64,000 nucleotides of DNA, from the NCBI GenBank assembly GCA_963732585.1, contig CAVSZY010000007.1, forward strand, positions 98,807 through 162,806, in the 5' to 3' direction. This DNA comes from an uncultured Acidimicrobiaceae bacterium. GTDB taxonomy: Bacteria; Actinomycetota; Acidimicrobiia; Acidimicrobiales; Ilumatobacteraceae. Position 1 is the first letter of the stretch. Each line of letters starts with the position of its first letter. The position numbers were made by a program, and so were the translations under genes. Below, piece after piece: positions 9,737 through 18,978 of the stretch. A model generated the notes under the pieces. That model did no database searches and was not told where the DNA came from. It saw only the letters and a program-made list of their open reading frames with translations.

Positions 9737-11214
9737 GCGGCCCGCCAGACCAGCAATCCGACGGCGATCGCCGCGCAGAGGCAAGCCAAGCCGGCAGGGG
9801 AGAACTGGCGCACCACGGTGTCGTCGAGCAATTGCGGTCGCAGCCGCCACATCTGGGCGTCGAGACACCGGAAATAGGTGTCCGGATCGCCGTAGATGTC
9901 GAGGCTGAGCCCGTCCGGGCAGCGCGCCGGTGCGGTGATCAGGCTGCGGATCGCCGGGTACCAGCGCCACGGCGCGCCGACCAGGGGCAAGGCCGCTCCC
10001 GCCGCGATCGCGCCCAACAGCCCTGAGACCGTACGCCGTGAACGCAACGCCTCCGCCCACGCGTCGCCGTACGCCGCGATGATGACGTACGTCGCTGCCG
10101 GCAAAATCGGCACGGCCAATCGGGGGCCGAAGGCGATCCATCCGAACGGCGCGAACCACATCGTCAGTCCGGCGAGAAAGCCGCCGACCGTGATCGCCGC
10201 AGTTGCCGCAGTGACGGCGCCCGCTCGGTCGCCCCGGGCGAGCCGTCGCCCACCGGCGACAACGCCCGCGAGGATCACCACAGTGGCCAGTGGCCAGAAC
10301 CAGGCGACACCTCCTGCAGGCGAGACCACGAGGGCGCCGAAGAACCGCAGCTGCTGGCGGATGTTCGGAGTCCGCAGCGCAGGGTTGAGGTAGAAGTCAT
10401 TGCGCAGTGTCCCGAAGCGGAACACGTTGAACAACGCTGATGCGGCGACGCCTGCGAAGGCGCCACCGATGACAACAGCTGTGGTCCGCGCTGTCGGCAG
10501 CCAGCCGCGCACCGGTCGCGGCGCGGCGGCGAGGCAGAGCAGGACAGCGAACGGCGCCAACGTCTCCTTCCCGAGGCAGGCGATGGCGATCGCCGCTGCG
10601 GACACCAAATCCTGCCGTCGAGCGCTGACGCCGACCGCCACGAGCAGGGCCAGCGCGGCGAGTGGTTCTCCGAATCCAGCCGTGGCGTGGTAGGGCAGGG
10701 TAGACGCCACGACCGAGGCAGCCAGCAACGCGCCGAGGTGGCGGCGGTCGGCGAACAGCCTCCAGGCGACGACGATGATGCCCACCACGGCGCCGAAGTT
10801 GACTACCGCCAACGCTTTCAACACCGCGGCGTTGCCGAGACCGATGGCTAGAAACACCGAAGCCGGGATGTATTGCAGCAGCGGGTAGGGGTACACCGGG
10901 GCACCGTTGGCATCGCAGTTGACGAAGCGGCCGTCGGCGACGCAACGCAGCGCGTGCCGGGCGCCGAGAATGAGATTGTCAGTGTCACCGGTGGAGATGT
11001 TGCCCTTCGCTCTGGCGTCGATCAGCACGACGAGGGCGTAGAACGCGAGGAGCGCGAAGGCGATGGTCGTCACGGGGTAGCGTCTCGACAGGGCGAGCCT
11101 CACCGGCATTCCCCGGTCGCTGGCATCGTCACTATTAATATCATCGAGAGTGAGAATACCGACGGCCGTCTGGCGTACCTGGGCATTGCTGCTCGCCGCC
11201 GGGTCGGCGGCCAT
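9691..11214 (-). CDS. polytopic membrane protein, GT-C-like candidate (distant DUF2142-like)
   Basis: 507 aa (alternative ATG at 11109). TGDTDNLILGARHAL after TM1 and C..C..YPYPLLQY loop, which parallel the two DUF2142-like genes. Confidence 0.6.
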   Translation of the reverse strand: MAADPAASSNAQVRQTAVGILTLDDINSDDASDRGMPVRLALSRRYPVTTIAFALLAFYALVVLIDARAKGNISTGDTDNLILGARHALRCVADGRFVNCDANGAPVYPYPLLQYIPASVFLAIGLGNAAVLKALAVVNFGAVVGIIVVAWRLFADRRHLGALLAASVVASTLPYHATAGFGEPLAALALLVAVGVSARRQDLVSAAAIAIACLGKETLAPFAVLLCLAAAPRPVRGWLPTARTTAVVIGGAFAGVAASALFNVFRFGTLRNDFYLNPALRTPNIRQQLRFFGALVVSPAGGVAWFWPLATVVILAGVVAGGRRLARGDRAGAVTAATAAITVGGFLAGLTMWFAPFGWIAFGPRLAVPILPAATYVIIAAYGDAWAEALRSRRTVSGLLGAIAAGAALPLVGAPWRWYPAIRSLITAPARCPDGLSLDIYGDPDTYFRCLDAQMWRLRPQLLDDTVVRQFSPAGLACLCAAIAVGLLVWRAAQPAARIDHVAVDAS

Positions 11215-12757
11215 GGTGTCGAAGGTCGTCCTCGACTTCGGTCGGGTGTACGTCTCCGAGGATCAGGCTCTGCTGTGGGCCGCCGGTCGCGACTGGGGAC
11301 GGGCGATTTTCCGCCAACCGAACTTCTGGGGCCAGGCGTATGGAACGACGTTCGAGTCGATCCCGGCGGAGGTGCTGCGATGGTTTGGCGTCAGCTTTCG
11401 TACCGGGTTCCCGCTGGTGGTCGGAGCGATGAGCCTCGCCTGTTGGTGGCTGCCGGCCGGCGCCTGTTGGCGTCGGGGTCGCCGAGGGGCGGCCAGCGCG
11501 GCGCTCGCTTACCCGCTGTTGGCCTCCGCAGAGTTCGTCACCCTCCAGATGTCGTATGCCGCGGTCGCCGGGAGGCTGCTGATGGCAGGTGCGGTCACCT
11601 CGTTCATCCTGCTGGTCAACCGCAGGCGCGGCGTGGTCGTCGCTGCTGCTCTCGCCGGATTGGCGATCCTGTGGGACTCATCGGCGATGCTGCTCGGGGC
11701 GCCGCTGGCGGTCGCCCTCGTCGCGGCCGTCGCCGCCGATTGGCGGTTCTGGCGCGGCGCTCACTGGCGCAGGCTGGCGGCTGCGCTGTGTATCGCCGCC
11801 GGACCGGCCGTCATGTGGCTCGCGCTGGTCAAGCTCTGGTACTGGCGGCATCCCGACGAAGTTCTGCACCCGGCGCCCGATCTCAACCCGGGGTGGGGCA
11901 CGTTGTCGTTGAACCTCTCGCATCCGACACGCCATTTCAGCGATCTCGCGCCGGAGCTGTTGCGGCACCCGGCGACGATCCTCACCGCGGCGGTGGCGAT
12001 GGTCGTCATCGCCGCCTCGCTTCGCGCCTGGGTTGGGCTGGCCGCGGTGCTGGTGACGGCGGCGACGGTGATCGTTGCGCTGTCGCTGCCGCGATCAGCC
12101 GACGGGCTGGAGTCGATCTATTTGCCGCCGTCCAGGGTGCTGCTGGCGTTGCCGCTGGCGATGTGGTTGTGCGCATTTCTGATCGCCGAAGCGTCACCGC
12201 GTCGCTCCGTCGGTGAACACTCGGCGCCCGCTCGCCGGTCGGAGCTGCTGGTCTGCCTCGCCGCGGTGGGCCTCGTCGCTGGCACGATGTCCGTTCGGGT
12301 GGTGACGTGGGAGGACCGCTTCGGAGGGATCGAGCAGCGCGCGCTGGACGAGCAGCGCTACCCGCTGACATCGACGGACGCGCTTGCCGCGCAGTGCCGC
12401 CGCACTGCCGACGTCGCCCGATACACCGGTGCCGAGTTCGCGCTCTTCGAGTTCCGGACCTCCGCCTATGGGTGTGCAGGACTGTTCGTCGAACCGATCA
12501 CGGTGTTCACATCCTACGAGCGGCGGGCGTGGGTGCTGCACGGCGCCGACGACGCCGATCGCTCGACGGCAATGCTGGTCGTCGGTACGCCAGCCGACTG
12601 TTCGGTCGCCGACCTACGATGCGACGTTCCGTACCCCGACATCCAAGTCGTGTGGCTGCCTGCCGGGGTCAGTCCGCTGGATGCCGCGGTGGCCCTTGGC
12701 GCCAGCGTTCGGCCGTATTGCCGCGGGGACGATTCGGTGATCGACAAGCGCTGCTAG
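11150..12757 (+). CDS. polytopic membrane protein with Cys-containing C-terminal domain
   Basis: 535 aa from the GTG at 11150 (alternative ATG at 11213). SEDQALLWAAGRDW after TM1; about 10 hydrophobic spans. Confidence 0.55.
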   Translation: MRIPTAVWRTWALLLAAGSAAMVSKVVLDFGRVYVSEDQALLWAAGRDWGRAIFRQPNFWGQAYGTTFESIPAEVLRWFGVSFRTGFPLVVGAMSLACWWLPAGACWRRGRRGAASAALAYPLLASAEFVTLQMSYAAVAGRLLMAGAVTSFILLVNRRRGVVVAAALAGLAILWDSSAMLLGAPLAVALVAAVAADWRFWRGAHWRRLAAALCIAAGPAVMWLALVKLWYWRHPDEVLHPAPDLNPGWGTLSLNLSHPTRHFSDLAPELLRHPATILTAAVAMVVIAASLRAWVGLAAVLVTAATVIVALSLPRSADGLESIYLPPSRVLLALPLAMWLCAFLIAEASPRRSVGEHSAPARRSELLVCLAAVGLVAGTMSVRVVTWEDRFGGIEQRALDEQRYPLTSTDALAAQCRRTADVARYTGAEFALFEFRTSAYGCAGLFVEPITVFTSYERRAWVLHGADDADRSTAMLVVGTPADCSVADLRCDVPYPDIQVVWLPAGVSPLDAAVALGASVRPYCRGDDSVIDKRC

Positions 12758-12766
12758 ATTGCTGGC

Positions 12767-13939
12767 GTGCGCACCTCAGGCGTGGTCGGCAAGACCGTGG
12801 TCATGGCCCGATCGCTACCGAGCTTGTTCCGGCGGATGACCCACGGCGAGCAGCGAATCGACCAGCAAGCCGAGGCGATCGAAGCGCTTCAACGGCGCCT
12901 CGAGCAGCTTTCGCAGGAGAATCGGCAGCTGGCCCTGATGGCCGAGAATACGCTCGTGCGCCGCCTTGATGCGGCCATCGAGACCTCCGCCGAGTCGGTG
13001 CGTTCACAGGCCCAGAGCCATGCCGACGCAGCGTCGGCGGCGGCTGCGGAACAGGTCAGGCGCGCCGCGCACGCGCACGCCGAGGCCGCAGCCGATGCCG
13101 TTCTAGCCACGGTCCGTGCGCACGCCGACTCTGGCGACGGCGACGTCCGACGCGAGCTGAGCGATGCCGTTGCCGCGTTGCGCCGTGAGCTGCGCCGGTC
13201 GGTGTCGTTACCTCCTGCTGGTGCCCCGGCCACGTCAGCCACGCTGGCTGGCGCCACGGTGCACGACACGGCGGCGGTCCCAGACGACTTCTACATCGCG
13301 CTCGAGGACCGTTTCCGTGGATCCCCCGAACTCGTCGCCAGCCGTCAACGGCACTATCTGCCCTACGTCACGGAGGCGACCGCCGCGGGCGGGTCTGTTC
13401 TCGACATCGGTTGTGGACGCGGGGAATGGTTGGCGATCCTCGCTGGCGCGGGCATCGAAGCCTCGGGGATCGACACCAACCTGGCGACGGTCGTCGAGGC
13501 TGTTGAGGCCGGCCATCGGGTCGTCCAGGCCGATGCCATCGGCTACCTGCGTTCCTGCCCGGACGACTCGCTTGCGGTGGTGACGATGTTCCAGGTCGTC
13601 GAGCACCTCGAATTCGGTGACCTTCTGACGGTATTCGGCGAGGTGCTGCGAACGCTCGCGCCGGGTGGCGTGATGATCGCCGAGACCCCGAACGGCGCCA
13701 ACCTGCGGGTCGGCGCCACGACCTTCTGGCTCGACCCGACGCACCGCCGCCCGCTGCACCCGGAACTCCTCGGTTTCGTGGCCAGCTACTGCGGTTTTGG
13801 TCGGATCGAGGGGATCTATGCCAACCGCCTCGGGCCGCAGCGGAGCGGATTCCTCGGCGATGCCCCCGGTCAGGCATTGGCAGAGCTCTCCGAAGCCGTC
13901 GATGGACCCGGCGATTTCTGTCTCGTGGCCTACAAGTAG
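12767..13939 (+). CDS. methyltransferase with long N-terminal coiled-coil/Ala-rich region
   Basis: 390 aa (ATG alternative at 12803). N-terminal about 190 aa heptad-like and Ala/Arg/Glu-rich, then FYIALEDRFRGS, VLDIGCGRGEW, FQVVEHLEF class I MT motifs. Confidence 0.75.
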   Translation: MRTSGVVGKTVVMARSLPSLFRRMTHGEQRIDQQAEAIEALQRRLEQLSQENRQLALMAENTLVRRLDAAIETSAESVRSQAQSHADAASAAAAEQVRRAAHAHAEAAADAVLATVRAHADSGDGDVRRELSDAVAALRRELRRSVSLPPAGAPATSATLAGATVHDTAAVPDDFYIALEDRFRGSPELVASRQRHYLPYVTEATAAGGSVLDIGCGRGEWLAILAGAGIEASGIDTNLATVVEAVEAGHRVVQADAIGYLRSCPDDSLAVVTMFQVVEHLEFGDLLTVFGEVLRTLAPGGVMIAETPNGANLRVGATTFWLDPTHRRPLHPELLGFVASYCGFGRIEGIYANRLGPQRSGFLGDAPGQALAELSEAVDGPGDFCLVAYK

Positions 13940-13960
13940 CCGTCGTCCAACATCGCAGCT

Positions 13961-15169
13961 TCAGGCGTGTCGGCGCGAGGCGAAACGGGTGGCGGCGGTG
14001 GTCGCCGCCCGTTCAAACCCGTCGAGCACCGCGTCCCAGCGATAGTGCTGTTCGACATAGCGGCGGCCGTTGCTACCGAGGCGTGCCGCCAGATCGGCGT
14101 CCGCAACGAGCATCGTCAGCGCAGCTTCGAACTCGGCGAAGCCGGCGTACGGCAGGGCCCCCTGGGAACGCATCGCCTGGCCACGCAGAACCTCGGAGTC
14201 GGCGTGCACGAGCGCCGGACGGCGCTGCACCCACGACTCGCAGAGCACGATCGAAAAGCTCTCAAATCGCGATGGCTGCATCAATGCCACCGAACCGGCG
14301 AGCGCGGCGTGCTTGGTCGCCTCGTCGACGAAGCCGCTGTAGAGCACATCGGGATGCTCCGGAGTTTCGCCGATGCGTTCGCCGACGAAGACCAACTTCA
14401 GCGGGCCAGGGTTGCGCTGCTTATAGGCGAGGAAGAATTCGAACAGCTCGCGTGAACCTTTGATGGCATCGATCCGCCCGACGTAGAGCACGTAGGGCGC
14501 GTCGCCGATGCCGATGAGCTGTCGGAACTGGTCGATCGAGCCAGGGGCGGCGAGATCGATGCCGATCCCGATCGTCTCGCCGACCGGCTCGAATCCGAAC
14601 CGTCTGCGCACGACATTGCGTTCCTCAGGTGTGAAGAACAGAAAGCCATCGGGCAGGCGGAACAACGAGTCGTACAGCCGCACGCGCAGCGGGGGCTCGT
14701 CGTGGGCCGTCGGCTGCAGGATCGTTGCCACTCGACCGGCGGCCGCAGGCAACCCGACCGTGGTGGTGGCGTAGAGGTAGGTCATGAACACGGCGAGGTC
14801 GTATTGCCCGGCATTGGCGGAGATCCAAGCGCTGAGGTCGGTGATGTCGGGACCCATCTGTTTCGCCCACGCCGATTGCACAAATGCCGGCGCCGGCTTG
14901 GGGCCATCGATCATCCATTGTTGATAGGGCCCGAAGATCTCGGGCGCACGCGGCGCACTGACCGGCAAGCGGTGCACCGTGACCCCATTGAGTTGCGAGG
15001 TTCCCGGCTCGAAGGCGTTGGCCCAATCGACGTAGCTGAGCGCGCACGAGGTGACGACATCGACCTCGTGGCCGCGCTCGACCAGCCGCTCGGCGAACAT
15101 CCGCGCCGCCGCCTCCGAACCGCCGACGATGGTTTCGCCGTAGCGCTGCACCGCATAGAGGATCTTCAT
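13961..15169 (-). CDS. GT4 (GT-B) glycosyltransferase
   Basis: 402 aa; E-x7-E motif ESFSIVLCES, YVGRIDAIKG. Confidence 0.8.
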   Translation of the reverse strand: MKILYAVQRYGETIVGGSEAAARMFAERLVERGHEVDVVTSCALSYVDWANAFEPGTSQLNGVTVHRLPVSAPRAPEIFGPYQQWMIDGPKPAPAFVQSAWAKQMGPDITDLSAWISANAGQYDLAVFMTYLYATTTVGLPAAAGRVATILQPTAHDEPPLRVRLYDSLFRLPDGFLFFTPEERNVVRRRFGFEPVGETIGIGIDLAAPGSIDQFRQLIGIGDAPYVLYVGRIDAIKGSRELFEFFLAYKQRNPGPLKLVFVGERIGETPEHPDVLYSGFVDEATKHAALAGSVALMQPSRFESFSIVLCESWVQRRPALVHADSEVLRGQAMRSQGALPYAGFAEFEAALTMLVADADLAARLGSNGRRYVEQHYRWDAVLDGFERAATTAATRFASRRHA

Positions 15170-16248
15170 CGCAGCACCTGGGCGGCGATGACCCGCTCGA
15201 CGAAGGCCGCAGTATGGCCAGCCTCCTCGATCGCGCGCACTCGTTGGTAGCCGCGCGCTGTCAGGTGACGGCGCACCTGGTCGTCGCTATCGACCGTGGT
15301 AATCGCTTCGGCAAACAACGCTGGGCCGCTGTTGGTCGGCAAGACAATCGCCGCGTCGCCAACCGTGTCGGCGACTGCGCCAGCATCACGGGCGATGACT
15401 GGCACGCCAAAGGCCATGGCCTCCAGCGGAGGTATCGCCAGCCCCTCGTGCTGACTGGTGCTGACGAACATGGCCACGCGGCGGTACAACGTGGCCAGCG
15501 TCGCGTCGTCGACCGCGCCGCTAAACCAGATCCGTTGCACATTGAGCCGGCGGGCAAAGGCGTTGAGGGCAGCGTGGTAACCGGCGAGGCGAGGGTTGCC
15601 GACCAAGACCACCCCGAGTTGGCGGCGGTGCACCCATTGCACGAGATGCATTGCCGCGACCAGATCCTGCGTGCGTTTGTGCGGCAGGATCTGCGACACG
15701 GAGAGCACGAACCCGTGGGGGAACATGGTCTCGATTCGTGCGTCGAGCGTGAGGTTGGGGCTGCGCTCGGTCAGCGACGTCGGCCGTAGGCCAGCCGGGA
15801 TGACGGCGATGTCGTGATATCCCATCGACGCGAGGTCGGCGGCGTTGAAGGCCGAATCGGCGACGGCGGCAATGACCTGTTCACGAATGAGACCGAGTTC
15901 GTGGCGCCCCCACTGCAAGCCCTGGGCGAAGGTCGGGTCATAGGTGACGAACAGTTCAGCAGGGGTGATGTTGTGATAGACGAGCACGATCCGCTCGCGG
16001 CGCGAGGTGAGAAAGCGGGTGATCTCCGGTGCCCCGTAGCTGGCGTGATAGACGATGATGTCGCCGCTGCGACCATGGTCGCTGAAGCGATCGATGTGCA
16101 CGACATCGTCGCAGCTCGGGTCGATGAAGTAGGCGTAGATCTCGCTTTCGCCGTGTTGGCGAAGTTGCGCGCGAATGGCTCTCGCCATTGAACTGATCGC
16201 GTCGCCGCGCCCGGCGCCGACGAGCACCTGGTGGATGCCGCGGGCCAC
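15166..16248 (-). CDS. GT4 (GT-B) glycosyltransferase
   Basis: 360 aa; EGLAIPPLEAMAFGVPVIA E-x7-E motif. ATGA overlap with the downstream GT4. Confidence 0.8.
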   Translation of the reverse strand: MARGIHQVLVGAGRGDAISSMARAIRAQLRQHGESEIYAYFIDPSCDDVVHIDRFSDHGRSGDIIVYHASYGAPEITRFLTSRRERIVLVYHNITPAELFVTYDPTFAQGLQWGRHELGLIREQVIAAVADSAFNAADLASMGYHDIAVIPAGLRPTSLTERSPNLTLDARIETMFPHGFVLSVSQILPHKRTQDLVAAMHLVQWVHRRQLGVVLVGNPRLAGYHAALNAFARRLNVQRIWFSGAVDDATLATLYRRVAMFVSTSQHEGLAIPPLEAMAFGVPVIARDAGAVADTVGDAAIVLPTNSGPALFAEAITTVDSDDQVRRHLTARGYQRVRAIEEAGHTAAFVERVIAAQVLR

Positions 16249-16250
16249 GC

Positions 16251-16763
16251 CTATCGAGCCGCGCCGCGCTCGAGTTCAGCGACGCGTCGTTCCAGGTTGA
16301 CCATCGCATCGGCGACATGATCGAGGATGGCTACGCGATCAAAGAGGGCGGCGACGACGTCGTTGAGTTGGCGCTCGTCGGCGGCCTTTTGGACCTCGAT
16401 GAGGTGGTGCACCTCATGTAGGGCGCGGGCGATATCGGTGCCGAGATTGCGCACTTGGTCGGCGAGTGGCGAGGTGTGGCGGCCGACGACTCGTCCCGCG
16501 GCGCGGTGCACGCTTGCCCCGCCCGGCACTTTTGAGCTGAGCGAGATATCGCCACCGAGGGCGCCGAGCGAATGCTCGACCGATTTCACTCGCCGGCCGA
16601 GTTCTGATGTGTTGAGCTCGCCACGATGCACAGCGGCCATGATCGTTTCGAACTCAGCTTCGAGCTGCGCTTCCAGTCCCGGCGGATAGCTGCCATTGGC
16701 GCGTCGCTGAGCCACCTCGGCCTGCATCTGTTCGACGAGTTGCTCGATATCTACTGCATCCAC
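16251..16763 (-). CDS. coiled-coil protein of unknown function
   Basis: Track ORF 16251..16901 trimmed to the GTG at 16763 to avoid overlap with wzt. IEQLVEQMQAEVAQRRANGSYPPGLEAQLEAEF and C-terminal heptad-like helix. Stop lies 2 nt before the GT4 start. Confidence 0.5.
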   Translation of the reverse strand: MDAVDIEQLVEQMQAEVAQRRANGSYPPGLEAQLEAEFETIMAAVHRGELNTSELGRRVKSVEHSLGALGGDISLSSKVPGGASVHRAAGRVVGRHTSPLADQVRNLGTDIARALHEVHHLIEVQKAADERQLNDVVAALFDRVAILDHVADAMVNLERRVAELERGAAR

Positions 16764-16851
16764 TCGGGCCCCATCGTTCGTGCTTGGTGAGCTCTGACGA
16801 CGGTAGCAGGTCGCAGTCTCTGGGTCATTGGACCCAGAGACTGCGGGGAGA

Positions 16852-18054
16852 TCACAGCAGGTTCCACTGTGGCCGCATGGTGACCAATCCCTGAGTTTCA
16901 TACGGCTTGCCGGACATCACATCGAAACGCAAGGCGAGATGGACGACGTCGTATTCATGCTGGCGATTGAAGTCGGTGATGCTGGTGTGCAGGTCGTAGG
17001 TGCCCGGCAGCAATGAAACATCGTCAAAGCGCACATCGACGTAACCGCTGTCGCTGAGGGCCTCCGGGATCAGACCGACATCACGGGTACACGGTGAGGT
17101 GACGACGGCTCCGCCGAGATGTTCGATTGTCACGCCGACAACTGGGCGAGGCACCGGCTGGTGGGCGCGGTAGTGCAATCGCAGCGTCATCGAGGCTCCG
17201 GTGCGAAATCGCTTGACCGGCGTGGGGTCGTCATCGAGGAGCATCTCGACCCGCTCGATCTGCACCTCACCGCTGCCACGCCTGACGCTGCCGTCGATGC
17301 TGCGGTCTCGGCCGCCGAGCATCATCTCGGTGTACGCCTCAACCAACTCCGACGGGTCGCCCTCACCCGTAATCACGCCATGAGTCAGCCAAATCGCCCG
17401 GTCGCACATGTTTTTGACGCTGCCGAGGTCGTGGGTGACGAGCACGATCGTGCGTCCGTCATTGCGAAAGTCGACAAACTTCTCCATACAGCGTTGCTGG
17501 AAGGTGACGTCGCCGACAGCCAGGATTTCGTCGACAATCAGCAGCCGGGGATCGACGTTGATCGCCACAGCGAAGGCCAGCCGTACGTACATGCCGCTGG
17601 AATAGGTCTTGACCGGTGAATCGATGAAGTTCTCCAGACCGGAGAACTCGACGATCTCATCGAAGCGGGCGGCGATGTCCTTGCGGCCCATACCAAGGAT
17701 CGCGGCGTTGAGGAACACGTTCTCGCGGCCCGACAGCTCGGGATGAAATCCTGCGCCAAGCTCCAATAACGCCGACATGCGTTTGTGCACCGTGACCGAA
17801 CCGCTGTTGGGCTGCAGGATCCCGGCCATGCACTTCAACAGCGTCGACTTGCCGGATCCGTTCTGACCGATGACACCGAACACTTCACCTTCGGTGACTT
17901 CGAAGGAGACATCACGCAGCGCCGTGAACTCGTTGAAGGTGTTGCGCCCACGGTTGGTCAGCAGCTGTTTGAGCGAGTTGGTCTTTTCGCTGTGCACGCG
18001 GAACGACTTGGTGACGTTGCGGACCTCGAGAGCGAGCTGCGAATTGGTCGCCAT
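16852..18054 (-). CDS. wzt: polysaccharide ABC exporter ATP-binding protein with C-terminal extra domain
   Basis: Trimmed to the ATG at 18054. Walker A GQNGSGKST, signature YSSGMYVRLAFA, Walker B LIVDEILAVGD, plus about 150 aa beyond the NBD. Confidence 0.9.
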   Translation of the reverse strand: MATNSQLALEVRNVTKSFRVHSEKTNSLKQLLTNRGRNTFNEFTALRDVSFEVTEGEVFGVIGQNGSGKSTLLKCMAGILQPNSGSVTVHKRMSALLELGAGFHPELSGRENVFLNAAILGMGRKDIAARFDEIVEFSGLENFIDSPVKTYSSGMYVRLAFAVAINVDPRLLIVDEILAVGDVTFQQRCMEKFVDFRNDGRTIVLVTHDLGSVKNMCDRAIWLTHGVITGEGDPSELVEAYTEMMLGGRDRSIDGSVRRGSGEVQIERVEMLLDDDPTPVKRFRTGASMTLRLHYRAHQPVPRPVVGVTIEHLGGAVVTSPCTRDVGLIPEALSDSGYVDVRFDDVSLLPGTYDLHTSITDFNRQHEYDVVHLALRFDVMSGKPYETQGLVTMRPQWNLL

Positions 18055-18056
18055 GG

Positions 18057-18854
18057 CTACATCTCCTCCGCGAAGCGTGGCGACAAACGCCCGAAAATCC
18101 ATGCTCCCAGAAAGAACATGCCAAAGGACAGCAACACCAGCTCCACGAGGCGTCCTGTGCCAGGCATACGCCCGTCGTACATGAGCTCGTGCGACGCGGT
18201 GATGAAACTTCCGGTCGGGCCATAATTGGCGATGTTCTTGAGCACATCGAGCTCCAATGTGGCCGGGAAGTAGATCACCGGGGTGGCGTAGAACAGGATC
18301 TGCGAGCCGATACTCCACAGGTAATTGACGTCGTGGTAAAAGACGTTGGCTGCCGACAATGCCAGTGCGACGCCAGCGGTGAACACCGCCAACAGCACCA
18401 TCAGCAAGAACATCACGGGTAGCCAGGGCAAGACCATCTGGCCGGCGACGAGCAGGGCGACACACAGCAGGGCGAGCTCGATCATCAGCGTGACGAACTG
18501 GGCGATGACCACCGAAAAGACGAGGTGCTCGTGTGGAAACTGGACCTTCTTGATCAGCCCCGCCCCTCCCTGAACATTGCCGATCGACACGCCGACGGTG
18601 ATCGAGAAAAAGTTGAACGGCAATAGGCCCGCCAAGAAGTACAGCGGAAAGCTCTTCAACCCGCTGGGGTCGCCGATCTGGGGCACCTGTTTGAAGATGT
18701 AGGTGAAGATGACCGAGAAGATCAACATCTGCGACAACGGGTTGAGCAAGCTCCACGCCCAACCGAGCACTGACTTCTTGTAGCGGGTGCGCAGCTCCTT
18801 CAACGACAGCAGATAGAGAAGGTTGCGGTGTGCAGCCGCCGTTCGCAAAGACAT
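18057..18854 (-). CDS. wzm: ABC-2 type polysaccharide exporter permease
   Basis: 265 aa; LKELRTRYKKSVLGWAWSLLNP ABC-2 N-terminal motif; six hydrophobic spans. Confidence 0.9.
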   Translation of the reverse strand: MSLRTAAAHRNLLYLLSLKELRTRYKKSVLGWAWSLLNPLSQMLIFSVIFTYIFKQVPQIGDPSGLKSFPLYFLAGLLPFNFFSITVGVSIGNVQGGAGLIKKVQFPHEHLVFSVVIAQFVTLMIELALLCVALLVAGQMVLPWLPVMFLLMVLLAVFTAGVALALSAANVFYHDVNYLWSIGSQILFYATPVIYFPATLELDVLKNIANYGPTGSFITASHELMYDGRMPGTGRLVELVLLSFGMFFLGAWIFGRLSPRFAEEM

Positions 18855-18978
18855 TGAGTCTGGATTCTACTGGCGCACGGGATGCGAAGACCGCGACGCT
18901 CGACGGCGACGTCAGATGACCGGCTCTGCCCGCCAGGCGTCACCAGTTCCCACTATCAGTGCAGATAGCATCGCTGGA

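Noticed and set aside
11212-11215. Divergent membrane-protein genes whose candidate ATG starts overlap in the palindrome CCATGG.
   Set aside because: Both genes have alternative starts (ATG at 11109 for the minus gene, GTG at 11150 for the plus gene). The overlap may come from start-codon choice, and N-terminal data are needed.
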